Assembly (NCBI GenBank): GCA_900315055.1
Contig: OMXP01000001.1
Coordinates: 25,825-89,824, forward strand
Length of the DNA: 64,000 bases
Reading direction: 5' to 3'
Source: an uncultured Lachnospiraceae bacterium
Lineage (GTDB): Bacteria > Bacillota > Clostridia > Lachnospirales > Lachnospiraceae
In this document: piece after piece, positions 32,266 to 41,256 of the stretch
Position numbering within the stretch: the stretch's first letter is position 1
How the letters are laid out: each line of letters starts with the position of its first letter
Notes under the pieces: generated by a model
What the model saw: only the letters and a program-made list of their open reading frames with translations
The model's database searches: none
Told to the model about the DNA's origin: nothing
Made by a program: the position numbers and the translations under genes

Positions 32266-33469
32266 AAAACGGAACGGAGTGCGTTTTCTCCTTCCCTTTC
32301 TTCTGTCCCTGTCTCTGACAGGATCCCTTGCCGGGTGCGGCAGCACGTCTTCGTACGGGCAGTCCTTTTCGGACAACAGCCAGAGCGAAGCCTTCAATTT
32401 CATGATTCATACAAGCGGCAGTGCGGGATTTGCCTCATCCTTTGCCAAGAATCTCTGTGTCGTCGAGGGCGACACAAATCTTGATGCGATTCCGGATATG
32501 GCAGATACGTCATATGCCGCTTTGTTTGACTGTAACAACACGGAGACGCTTTACGCAAAGGATGTGTACACCCAGGCCTATCCGGCGTCTCTGACAAAGG
32601 TCATGACGGCACTTGTTGCCCTGGAAAATGCGACGCCGGACACGATACTCACCGCGTCCTCCAACGTCTATATCAATGACGCAGAGGCACAGATCGTGGG
32701 ACTGAAAGAGGGCGATACGATGACCCTCGATCAGGCACTGCACCTGCTTCTTGTCTACTCCGCGAATGACATCGCCGTCCTCATCGCCGAGAACATCGGC
32801 GGGTCGGTGGATAACTTCGTGAAGATGATGAACGAAGAGGCTGCATCCCTTGGCGCAACCAACACGAATTTCATCAATTCCAACGGCCTCTCGGATTCCA
32901 ATCACTACACCTGCGTCTACGACATGTACCTGATCTTCAACCGGGCGCTGGATTTTCGGGAGTTCAATGAGGTCATCTCGACGGCGAACTACACAACCGT
33001 CTATCACGATAAGGACGGGAATGAAAAGAGCGTGAACGTCAACTCGACGAACCTCTACCTGCAGGATTATCAGCAGGCACCGACCGGTGTCACCGTGATC
33101 GGCGGAAAGACCGGCACCACGACGGCGGCAGGACACTGCCTCGTGCTTCTTGCAAGGGACACCTCGGGCCGTCCCTATATCGCGATCGTCATGCGGGCCA
33201 TCAACCAGGACATGCTCTACTCCGAGATGAATGAGCTCCTTTCCCTGATTCCCGCCCAGGCCGCAAAATCGGACGCTGCGGCAAAGGCAGCATCGACAGA
33301 AGGCAGCACGGATTCCTCCACGGAAGCGATGACGGAAGAATCTGCAGAGGTGACCACGGATTCTGCACAGGCCGAGCTGACAGCAGACTCTGCAGACTCC
33401 GAAGAAAGCAGTACTGCTTCGACAGATGCGGCAGAAGAGAGTGTATCGGAAGTCTCGTCCGGGACATAA
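32249..33469 (+). CDS. D-alanyl-D-alanine carboxypeptidase (peptidase S11), lipoprotein
   Basis: Lipobox LAGC; PASLTK, SAN, NSNGL and GKTG motifs; acidic S/T/E/A tail. Confidence 0.9.
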   Translation: MKCTSRKRNGVRFLLPFLLSLSLTGSLAGCGSTSSYGQSFSDNSQSEAFNFMIHTSGSAGFASSFAKNLCVVEGDTNLDAIPDMADTSYAALFDCNNTETLYAKDVYTQAYPASLTKVMTALVALENATPDTILTASSNVYINDAEAQIVGLKEGDTMTLDQALHLLLVYSANDIAVLIAENIGGSVDNFVKMMNEEAASLGATNTNFINSNGLSDSNHYTCVYDMYLIFNRALDFREFNEVISTANYTTVYHDKDGNEKSVNVNSTNLYLQDYQQAPTGVTVIGGKTGTTTAAGHCLVLLARDTSGRPYIAIVMRAINQDMLYSEMNELLSLIPAQAAKSDAAAKAASTEGSTDSSTEAMTEESAEVTTDSAQAELTADSADSEESSTASTDAAEESVSEVSSGT

Positions 33470-33506
33470 TGCACAAAAACGGGTGGCTGCATGGCCGTAT
33501 TCCCGA

Positions 33507-33535
33507 TTGTTTTTTCAGAAGTGATCTCGTATAAT
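33507..33535 (+). promoter_or_regulatory. Putative sigma-A promoter
   Basis: TTGTTT (33507-33512), 17-bp spacer, TATAAT (33530-33535). Confidence 0.55.
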
Positions 33536-33587
33536 ACCAATATCAGAACGTCCCTGTTCTGAACACTAACTCCAGGAGGGAATTCCA

Positions 33588-34007
33588 ATGGTTCAACTGA
33601 TTGTAGGCAAAAAAGGCAAAGGCAAGACGAAGATCTTATTAGATAAAGTCAACTCGGAAATCATGAACATCCTCGGCAACGTGGTTTATCTCGACAAGAG
33701 CACCAGCCACATGTACGAGCTCAACAACAAGGTCCGTCTTATCAATGTCAAAGACTACGGAATCGAGAATTCCGACGAGTTCATCGGCTTTGTCAGCGGC
33801 ATCATCTCGCAGGATCACGACCTGCAGCAGATGTACTTTGACAGCTTCCTTGATGTTGCCCATCTTCGCGACAAGGACATGATGCCGACGCTCAAGAGAC
33901 TGGAGTCTTTAAGCGAGACCTTCAAGGTAGACTTCATTCTGTCGGTTTCCATGGACGAGAGCGAACTGCCGGAAGAGGCGAAGAGCATGATCGCCGTTTC
34001 TCTTTAA
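33588..34007 (+). CDS. Conserved clostridial hypothetical protein with P-loop-like N-terminus
   Basis: MVQLIVGKKGKGKT Walker-A-like start and YFDSF Walker-B-like segment; strong RBS AGGAGGG. Confidence 0.8.
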   Translation: MVQLIVGKKGKGKTKILLDKVNSEIMNILGNVVYLDKSTSHMYELNNKVRLINVKDYGIENSDEFIGFVSGIISQDHDLQQMYFDSFLDVAHLRDKDMMPTLKRLESLSETFKVDFILSVSMDESELPEEAKSMIAVSL

Positions 34008-34036
34008 TCGGCACTGATTCTTTTATTGCAGCAGGC

Positions 34037-34067
34037 GAAAGCCCTGGGGGGTTCCCAGGGCTTTCTT
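34037..34067 (+). terminator. Rho-independent terminator
   Basis: GAAAGCCCTGGG-ggtt-CCCAGGGCTTTC followed by TTT. Confidence 0.8.
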
Positions 34068-34089
34068 TATGCAGAGGCAAAGGGCATAA

Positions 34090-35565
34090 ATGGCATCCTC
34101 CGGGAGAAACAATCAAAGAAAATCAGGGTCAAAGGGGAGAAAAAGGCGCGTGGAACCCCGCCGCAGCATCAATCCCGGTGTCGTGGTCTTTGCGCTGATT
34201 CTGATCTACCTTCTCTACAGCCTTCTGCGCTATGCCACGCAGAAGCAGGTTGTCCCGTACCTTGTCCGCACCGGTTCTCTCCAGGAAAATCAGGTCTATG
34301 AGGGCCTGTGCCTTCGCGGGGAGGAAGTCGTTGACGCCGATACCGCAGGCTACATCAACTACTACTACCGGGAAAAGGAGCGGCTCGGTACGAATGACCT
34401 CGCCTGCACGATCGACTCGTCCGGCACCATTACCGATGAGATTCAGTCCGAGGAGACCGAGGGGACACTGTTCGATGACAGTGACTACGCATCCCTCCAG
34501 CAGGACATCCAGACCTTTACCGAGAGCTTTACGCCCTCGTCCTTCGATGATGTCTATGATTTCAAGTCCTCCATGGACAGCTCCCTGCAGCGGATCACCA
34601 ACTCCAAGGTGCTCTCCGGCATCGATTCTCTTTCCAGCACCAGCTCTCTGTCCCGCATGACCACCGATAACACGGGATACATCGTCTATTCCATGGACGG
34701 CTACGAGGAAAAGACCTTCGATACGCTGACTGCGGCGGATTTCAACTCGGCAAGTTATGACAGTCAGGTCACAAGCCGTGGAAATAATGACCTGGTTTCG
34801 GCAGGCGATTTTGCCTACAAGCTGGAGACCGACGAGGACTGGTCGGTGGCAATTCAGCTGGGATCCGAGGATGAAGCAAATGCTCTGCAGTCGTACCTCG
34901 ACGCCAACAGCAATGCGGTTCTGGTCCGGTTCCTGAATACGCAGCAGGAGATCTACGCGACGGTTACCATTCGCAATGATACGGACGGGAATTATTTCGC
35001 AGACCTTGCCTTTACGAATTCCATGCTGATCTACTGTACCGACCGTTTTGTCGACATCAAGCTGATGACCGATCAGATGTCGGGCCTCAAGATTCCGGTG
35101 AGTGCTCTGGTCGACGGCGAGTTCTTCACGGTCCCGGCTGCCTATGTGACCACCGGCACCGATGATCAGCTTCAGGTTCAGGTGAAAACCGTCAATGAAA
35201 ACGGCGACGAGACGACGCTTACCCAGGCTGTGAACCCCTATGGAACGGGAATTCAGAAGGACGATGACGGAAACGACATCGACGGCTCCGACTTCTACTA
35301 CATCTCGGAGGACGAGCTCTCCAAGGGAGACGTCCTGGTTTCCTCTTCCGGATCCGACACCTATACCGTCGGTGATACCGCATCTCTTCAGGGCGTCTAC
35401 AACATCAATGAGGGCTATGCGGACTTCACGGAGGTAACCGTGATCAAGCAGAACGACGAGTATGCGATCGTCCAGCCCAATGATACCTACGGCCTTCGCG
35501 AATACGACTACATCGTCCTCGATGCGACGACGATGACACCGGGTGAGTTCGTCGTGACCTACTGA
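34090..35565 (+). CDS. Membrane-anchored HlyD-like (periplasmic adaptor-type) protein of unknown function
   Basis: Basic N-terminus, single TM helix, 'GLCLRGEEVV.A..AGYINYY..E.ER', GLKIP.SA, and C-terminal GL.EYDYIVLD. Confidence 0.7.
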   Translation: MASSGRNNQRKSGSKGRKRRVEPRRSINPGVVVFALILIYLLYSLLRYATQKQVVPYLVRTGSLQENQVYEGLCLRGEEVVDADTAGYINYYYREKERLGTNDLACTIDSSGTITDEIQSEETEGTLFDDSDYASLQQDIQTFTESFTPSSFDDVYDFKSSMDSSLQRITNSKVLSGIDSLSSTSSLSRMTTDNTGYIVYSMDGYEEKTFDTLTAADFNSASYDSQVTSRGNNDLVSAGDFAYKLETDEDWSVAIQLGSEDEANALQSYLDANSNAVLVRFLNTQQEIYATVTIRNDTDGNYFADLAFTNSMLIYCTDRFVDIKLMTDQMSGLKIPVSALVDGEFFTVPAAYVTTGTDDQLQVQVKTVNENGDETTLTQAVNPYGTGIQKDDDGNDIDGSDFYYISEDELSKGDVLVSSSGSDTYTVGDTASLQGVYNINEGYADFTEVTVIKQNDEYAIVQPNDTYGLREYDYIVLDATTMTPGEFVVTY

Positions 35566-35711
35566 TTTCGTTGAGACAACCTGACTATTTTAAGGGAATG
35601 ACGTCCTGAAATGTTCGGCACTATTTTTTCGGCCATGTATGGTATCATGAACGGAGTTTCAGGGGAAGAAATACGAAACAAATCGGACATAATTCCGTAA
35701 ATTGTGCGGAG

Positions 35712-35746
35712 TTGACATTGACACTACCTGACAAAGTATTGATAAT
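35712..35746 (+). promoter_or_regulatory. Sigma-A promoter of sepF with tandem -35 hexamers
   Basis: TTGACATTGACA (35712-35723), 17-bp spacer, GATAAT (35741-35746). Confidence 0.65.
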
Positions 35747-35824
35747 GTTAGCGTGTCTGTCTGTTCGCCAAAAGGCTGCACAGACCGGAAACGATATATA
35801 CAGGGTTGGAGAAGTACAGTACAT

Positions 35825-36556
35825 ATGAACGTGATTGACAAGCTGATCAACAGTGCCAGATTGAATAACAGAAACGACGGGGACGACGAAGAGATGGACG
35901 AAGATTATTACGAAGACGATAACGAAGAGGAAGATGATGAAGACCGTGCTCCCCGCAGGGGCGGCAGCCGCATCTCCAGCTTCTTCCGCGGACGCGGACG
36001 TCAGACGGAGGAGCCTGAAAACGATAGCGACTATGACGAACAGCCTCCGGCACCTGCCCGTACCGTCCAGAGAACGCCCAGCTATCCAAGCCCCCGGCAG
36101 GCAGCAGCACCGGTGCCGCAGCGGCAGAGGAGACCACAGTCAGGAATCATGCAGATGAGAGTTATCAAACCCAGTACATTTGAACAGGCAAAGCAGATTA
36201 CGGATATGCTGCTCGATCACAGAGCCGTGATCCTGAATCTCGAAGGTCTTGATGTCAACACCGCACAGCGGATCGTCGACTTCGCGTCCGGGTCCTGCTA
36301 TGCCCTGCACGGTAATTTCATGTCCGTCTCGAAATTCATCATCGCGATCAGTCCAGAGGACATCACAATCGACGGGGATCTGCAGGAGACCCCGCAGCCG
36401 CAGAGCAGCAGCACTGCTTCGTACGCTCAGCCTGCCGCCGGTTCTGCCCAGCAGCAGCCGCAGCAGAATACCTTCAACGCAGCGGATGCTTTCACACAGA
36501 CCTATCAGGGAAGCGGCAATGCGGCTTCCTACGGCAGCCCCTACTACGGCAATTAG
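35825..36556 (+). CDS. sepF: Cell division protein SepF
   Basis: N-terminal amphipathic segment and acidic linker, then 'VIKPSTFEQA..I.D.L....AVILNLE......AQRIVDFASGSCYAL.G'. Confidence 0.92.
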   Translation: MNVIDKLINSARLNNRNDGDDEEMDEDYYEDDNEEEDDEDRAPRRGGSRISSFFRGRGRQTEEPENDSDYDEQPPAPARTVQRTPSYPSPRQAAAPVPQRQRRPQSGIMQMRVIKPSTFEQAKQITDMLLDHRAVILNLEGLDVNTAQRIVDFASGSCYALHGNFMSVSKFIIAISPEDITIDGDLQETPQPQSSSTASYAQPAAGSAQQQPQQNTFNAADAFTQTYQGSGNAASYGSPYYGN

Positions 36557-36588
36557 AGCACAAAGTAAGATTTCAAACTGATTTCATG

Positions 36589-36618
36589 GCGCACCAGAGA
36601 CTCTCTGGTGCGCTTTTT
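36589..36618 (+). terminator. Rho-independent terminator after sepF
   Basis: GCGCACCAGAG-act-CTCTGGTGCGC followed by TTTTT. Confidence 0.8.
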
Positions 36619-36629
36619 AGGAGGAAAAC

Positions 36630-37733
36630 ATGAAGACACTCACCGTACACAGGGACAATAAGCCCTGCTACGACATCCTGTACTCGACGAGCCTCTCGGA
36701 TCTTTCTTCCGGCATTCAGAACGCCGGCCTTGGCGGACATCGCTTTGTCATCGTCACCGACACCAATGTCGCACCGCTCTATGCGGAAGAGATCGCAAAG
36801 ACGATCGCTGCAGTATCGGGATCGATGCCGCTGGTCTATGCCATTCCCGCAGGAGAAGAGAACAAGAACCTCGACCAGATCCGGGCCCTGTATGCCTTTC
36901 TCATCGAGCAGAAGTGCGACCGGAAGACCGTACTTGCGGCACTTGGCGGAGGCGTTGTCGGCGACATGACGGGGTTTGCGGCGGCGACGTTCCTTCGGGG
37001 CATTGATTTCATTCAGATCCCCACAACCCTCCTTGCCCAGGCGGATTCCTCCATCGGCGGCAAGACCGGTGTCGACTTCGACGGCTACAAAAACATGGTC
37101 GGTGCCTTCAAGATGCCGCGCCTTGTCTTCTCCGATGTCCGGTTCCTGAAGTCCCTCTCCGGACTCCAGTTTGCCTCCGGCTTTGCGGAGATCATGAAGC
37201 ACGGACTCATCAAAGACAGGGACTACTACCTCTGGCTCATCGAGCATCAGTATGAGATCGAGGACCGGGACGAGGAGGTTCTGTCGGAGATGCTCTATCG
37301 AAGCAATGAGATCAAGCGCGATGTCGTCGAAAAGGATCCCTTCGAGAAACACGACCGCATGCTCCTGAACTTCGGACATACGATCGGCCATGCCATCGAG
37401 AAGTACAAGAACTTCACGATGACCCACGGCGAGTGTGTCGCCCTGGGGTGTGTTGCGGCAAGCTATCTCTCCTACAGGAGGGGATACCTCGACAAGGAGA
37501 CCTACTACGAGATCCGGGACATGTTCGTGCCCTTCAACCTTCCGATCAGCGTCGACAACATCGATGAGGACGAGATTGTCAATATCACAAAGAGCGACAA
37601 GAAGGTCGCAGACGGCCTGCTTCGCTTCATCCTCCTTCGCGATCTCGGCGATGCCTTCGTCGATACCACAGTGACACCGGAGGAGATCAAAGCTGCCGTT
37701 CATGAAATCCACTACGAGGAAACAAACGAGTGA
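36630..37733 (+). CDS. aroB: 3-dehydroquinate synthase
   Basis: GEENK, ALGGGVVGD, PTTLLAQADSSIGGKTG and LNFGHTIGHAIE motifs. Confidence 0.96.
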   Translation: MKTLTVHRDNKPCYDILYSTSLSDLSSGIQNAGLGGHRFVIVTDTNVAPLYAEEIAKTIAAVSGSMPLVYAIPAGEENKNLDQIRALYAFLIEQKCDRKTVLAALGGGVVGDMTGFAAATFLRGIDFIQIPTTLLAQADSSIGGKTGVDFDGYKNMVGAFKMPRLVFSDVRFLKSLSGLQFASGFAEIMKHGLIKDRDYYLWLIEHQYEIEDRDEEVLSEMLYRSNEIKRDVVEKDPFEKHDRMLLNFGHTIGHAIEKYKNFTMTHGECVALGCVAASYLSYRRGYLDKETYYEIRDMFVPFNLPISVDNIDEDEIVNITKSDKKVADGLLRFILLRDLGDAFVDTTVTPEEIKAAVHEIHYEETNE

Positions 37734-38242
37734 TGTCAAGAAAACGAACCGCACTGTGCGAAATTCTATCTTTCCTTGTCCTCGTTCTCTTTGACCAGTG
37801 GACGAAAGCCCTCGCGGTAAGTGCCCTGAAGGGGAAGCCTGCGATCGAGATGATCAGGGGCGTACTGGAACTCTATTATCTCGAGAACACCGGCGCTGCC
37901 TTCTCCATGCTGGAAAATGCCCAGTGGGTCTTTCTTCTTATCGCTGTCGCGGCGATCGGGGTCATTGCCTGGCTCCTCGTGAAGATTCCGACAACGCGTC
38001 ACATGCAGGGACTTCGCTGGTGCCTGGTCTTCATCGCGGCGGGAGCTGCGGGAAACCTCATTGACCGCCTGTTCCTGCACTATGTAAGGGACTTTATCTA
38101 TTTCTCGATCATCAACTTCCCGGTCTTCAACGTGGCGGACATCTATGTCACGGTGAGTACCGTGGTGCTTATCGTCCTCATGCTGTTCTTCTACAAGGAA
38201 GAGGACTATGACTTCCTGAAGAGAAAGAAGGAAGAGCGGTGA
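37730..38242 (+). CDS. lspA: Lipoprotein signal peptidase II
   Basis: DQWTK, NTGAAFS, GNLIDR and PVFNVAD motifs. Confidence 0.95.
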   Translation: MMSRKRTALCEILSFLVLVLFDQWTKALAVSALKGKPAIEMIRGVLELYYLENTGAAFSMLENAQWVFLLIAVAAIGVIAWLLVKIPTTRHMQGLRWCLVFIAAGAAGNLIDRLFLHYVRDFIYFSIINFPVFNVADIYVTVSTVVLIVLMLFFYKEEDYDFLKRKKEER

Positions 38243-39171
38243 CAGGCGAGGAGAGAAAGACCTATGTGATTCCCCTGGAGATGGAGGGGGAGCGCATCGA
38301 CCGGATCCTCTCGGAGCTTCTGCCGGACCTGTCTCGAAGCTATCTCAAAAAGCTCCTGGACGAGGGAAAGGTGACAGGCGGCGGAAAGACCCTGAAGCCC
38401 TCCGCCCGCATGAAAGAGGGGCAGGAGGTCGAGCTTCTCCTTCCGGAAAAGGTCCTGCCGGATATCGAGCCGGAGAATATTCCGCTGGATATTCTCTATG
38501 AAGACAATGACGTTCTTGTCGTCAACAAGCCAAAGGACATGGTGGTCCACCCGGCGCCGGGACACATGAGCGGAACGCTCGTCAACGCCGTGATGTATCA
38601 CTGTGCGGGGAATCTCTCCGGGATCAACGGCGTGCTTCGCCCCGGGATCGTGCACCGGATCGACAAGGACACGACGGGATCCCTCATCATCTGCAAGAAC
38701 GATGCGGCGCACCGGAGCATCGCAAGGCAGCTGAAGGATCACACGATTGTAAGACGCTACCGCGCAATGTGCTACGGAGTCCTCGATCAGGACGATGTCA
38801 CGATTGATGCCCCGATCGGAAGGGACCCCAAAGACCGGACCCGCATGGCCATCGTCCCCGACGGCAAGAGAGCCGTGACACATGTGCATGTCCTGGAGCG
38901 ATATGACGGCTACACTTATGTCGAGTGCCGCCTGGAGACCGGAAGAACCCATCAGATCCGGGTCCATATGGCAAAAATCGGCCACCCGCTTCTTGGCGAT
39001 GACGTCTATGCAAGGGGCAGGAAGTGCCCATATCACCTGAACGGGCAGTGCCTCCACGCGATGGTACTGGGCTTTGTCCACCCGTCCACGGGGGAATATA
39101 TCGAAACAACTGCCCCGCTTCCGGACTACTTCGAGCACCTGCTTTCGGTGCTTCCAAAGAGCACAAAGTGA
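38239..39171 (+). CDS. rluD: RluA/RluD family 23S rRNA pseudouridine synthase
   Basis: S4 domain, VVNKP..MVVHP, HRIDKDTTG and LETGRTHQIRVH motifs. Confidence 0.92.
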   Translation: MTGEERKTYVIPLEMEGERIDRILSELLPDLSRSYLKKLLDEGKVTGGGKTLKPSARMKEGQEVELLLPEKVLPDIEPENIPLDILYEDNDVLVVNKPKDMVVHPAPGHMSGTLVNAVMYHCAGNLSGINGVLRPGIVHRIDKDTTGSLIICKNDAAHRSIARQLKDHTIVRRYRAMCYGVLDQDDVTIDAPIGRDPKDRTRMAIVPDGKRAVTHVHVLERYDGYTYVECRLETGRTHQIRVHMAKIGHPLLGDDVYARGRKCPYHLNGQCLHAMVLGFVHPSTGEYIETTAPLPDYFEHLLSVLPKSTK

Positions 39172-39203
39172 GGACACCTGCAGAAAATGATAAGACGCAG
39201 AGG

Positions 39204-40364
39204 ATGAAAAGCAGAAGACACCTTTTGAATTTCACAGGAGCGGCACTTCTTGCTGCCGCCCTCATCGCAGTTTTTGCACCGGGAAGCAGTGTGCAGGCAA
39301 AGGCTGCAGAAGAGGTATACGATCTTGTCCTGTTCTTCGGGCAGAGCAACATGGTCGGCAGCGCGATGGGGTACACGACGAACCCGTTTACAGACATCGA
39401 TCCTGCGATCGCATCGGAAATCACCGGCATCGATGAGGATCTCATCGAAAATACCGTCAGTGCGGCAAAGGTTGTCGTTGATATCCCGGACGGCGCAGCC
39501 CTGAAGTATTCGCTTCTTTCCGATTCCCTTGTCCCGGTCACCGGGGATACCTGCTTTGGCGAATGGGGGCAGGATGCAAACAGCACCTGCATCGGCGTCC
39601 GGTTCAATCCGGCAGCCGATGCGTTTGAACCTGTTTATCCTGGCGATGCCGGTCTCTTCACGGACATTGCCTCCACGTCCTCCGTTTCGACAAACCTGAT
39701 TCATGAGTTCTGCGCCGAGTGGTATCAGGAAACGGGCCATGGCGTCATCGTCCTCTTTGCCGCTGCGGGCGGCGTTCCCCTGGAAAAGTTTCTCCCGGTG
39801 GACGATCCGGACTATCTTGTCGGCTACTGCGGCGCATACATCTTCGAGTATATCCGTGCATCCGTGATCGGTGCGATGCAGAAGGCAGCTGCGGAAGGCA
39901 TCCCTTTGCAGAACGCCTTTTTTGTCTCCTTCCAGGGAGAGGGAAATGCGAGGGATGCGAAGTACAGGCGGGTCTATCAGAAGATCATATCAGACCTTCG
40001 GGAGCTTGGATTTACGAAAGGGGCTCTTGTCGAGACCTCCAATACTATCGGGGATCCGGAGCTTGTTTCCGGCGTAAAACGGGTGCACAGGGATCAGGAG
40101 GCGATCATTGCAGAGGATCCCGATCTGTGTCTTGGTTCCTCCCTGGACTATGATCACTACATCCCGGACAGGGCAGCTTACGAAGGATCGGACTCTGTAT
40201 GGAGAGATCAGTGGGGAGACCTTCCCTATGACGAGGCATACAAAAGAGCGCGTCTTTTCACCGACACGCTGGACAGCAACATCGTCCACCTCAACAGCAC
40301 GGCGCTTTGCATGATCGGGCGGCAGAGCGCCGACAGCCTGGCTTCTCTTGCAGGGCTCAACTGA
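39204..40364 (+). CDS. Secreted SGNH esterase, sialate O-acetylesterase / CE6-like
   Basis: Signal peptide ending VQA-KA, YDLVLFFGQSNMVG catalytic Ser block, FQGE, and a C-terminal IVHLN His block. Confidence 0.7.
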   Translation: MKSRRHLLNFTGAALLAAALIAVFAPGSSVQAKAAEEVYDLVLFFGQSNMVGSAMGYTTNPFTDIDPAIASEITGIDEDLIENTVSAAKVVVDIPDGAALKYSLLSDSLVPVTGDTCFGEWGQDANSTCIGVRFNPAADAFEPVYPGDAGLFTDIASTSSVSTNLIHEFCAEWYQETGHGVIVLFAAAGGVPLEKFLPVDDPDYLVGYCGAYIFEYIRASVIGAMQKAAAEGIPLQNAFFVSFQGEGNARDAKYRRVYQKIISDLRELGFTKGALVETSNTIGDPELVSGVKRVHRDQEAIIAEDPDLCLGSSLDYDHYIPDRAAYEGSDSVWRDQWGDLPYDEAYKRARLFTDTLDSNIVHLNSTALCMIGRQSADSLASLAGLN

Positions 40365-40377
40365 ACTTTGGAAACGT

Positions 40378-40407
40378 ACTCCGGGGCGGAATGTCCCGGA
40401 GTTTTTT
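40378..40407 (+). terminator. Rho-independent terminator
   Basis: ACTCCGGG...CCCGGAGT stem followed by a T run. Confidence 0.65.
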
Positions 40408-40444
40408 CATGAAATCGACAAACGCCGGAAATTTAGACAAATAA

Positions 40445-40473
40445 TTGCACTCCGAATCCGGTTTTAGTATAAT
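40445..40473 (+). promoter_or_regulatory. Putative sigma-A promoter
   Basis: TTGCAC (40445-40450), 17-bp spacer, TATAAT (40468-40473). Confidence 0.65.
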
Positions 40474-40518
40474 AATCGTACAAGATCTTCCAGATGGAAG
40501 ACAGCAGGAGGGCAGCTC

Positions 40519-41154
40519 ATGAAAACCATTATTACCATCGGACGACAGTTTGGCTCTAATGGACACATCATCGGACAGAAGGTGGCGGATCACTTTGGAG
40601 TCAAATGTTATGACAAGGAACTGATCGCCAAGGTCGCGAGCAATTCCGGCTTCTGCCAGGAGATGATCGAACAGCACGACGAGAGGCCCACCAGTTCCTT
40701 CCTCTACAACCTTGTCATGGACACCTATTCCTTCGGCTACAACTCTTCCAGCTACGTTGACATGCCGATCAGCCAGAAGGTGTTTCTGGCACAGTTTGAC
40801 ACGATCAAGAAGCTCGCCGACGAGGGCCCCGCGGTCTTCATCGGCCGCTGCGCCGACAACGCGCTCTCGGATCGCAACGATGTCATCAACCTGTTCATCT
40901 TTGCCGATGAGAAGTACCGTGTCCATGAGATCATGCACCGCTACCCGGACATCAAGACCGAGCAGAAGGCGATCGACTTCATGAACAAGAAGGACCGGCA
41001 GCGCCAGAGCTACTACAACTACTACACGTCAAAGAAGTGGGGCCGTGCGGACACCTATGATGCATGCCTGAACACGTCTCTGCTTGGAATCGACGGAACC
41101 GTAAAGCTCATCTGCCAGATGGTCGAGGATTTCGAGACCGGCAGCAAAGCCTGA
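40519..41154 (+). CDS. Cytidylate kinase-like family protein
   Basis: IITIGRQFGSNG, IGRCAD, D..R..YYNYYT..KWG and YD.CLN motifs. Confidence 0.88.
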   Translation: MKTIITIGRQFGSNGHIIGQKVADHFGVKCYDKELIAKVASNSGFCQEMIEQHDERPTSSFLYNLVMDTYSFGYNSSSYVDMPISQKVFLAQFDTIKKLADEGPAVFIGRCADNALSDRNDVINLFIFADEKYRVHEIMHRYPDIKTEQKAIDFMNKKDRQRQSYYNYYTSKKWGRADTYDACLNTSLLGIDGTVKLICQMVEDFETGSKA

Positions 41155-41182
41155 AACAAACAGTAACTGCACACGGAAGATA

Positions 41183-41219
41183 CCTGCTCCGGGAGGGAAA
41201 AAACCGGAGCAGGCTTTTT
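41183..41219 (+). terminator. Rho-independent terminator
   Basis: CCTGCTCCGG...CCGGAGCAGG stem followed by CTTTTT. Confidence 0.7.
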
Positions 41220-41256
41220 GTATGTCCGATTTTTCATGTCCGAAGGAGGAATTTTC

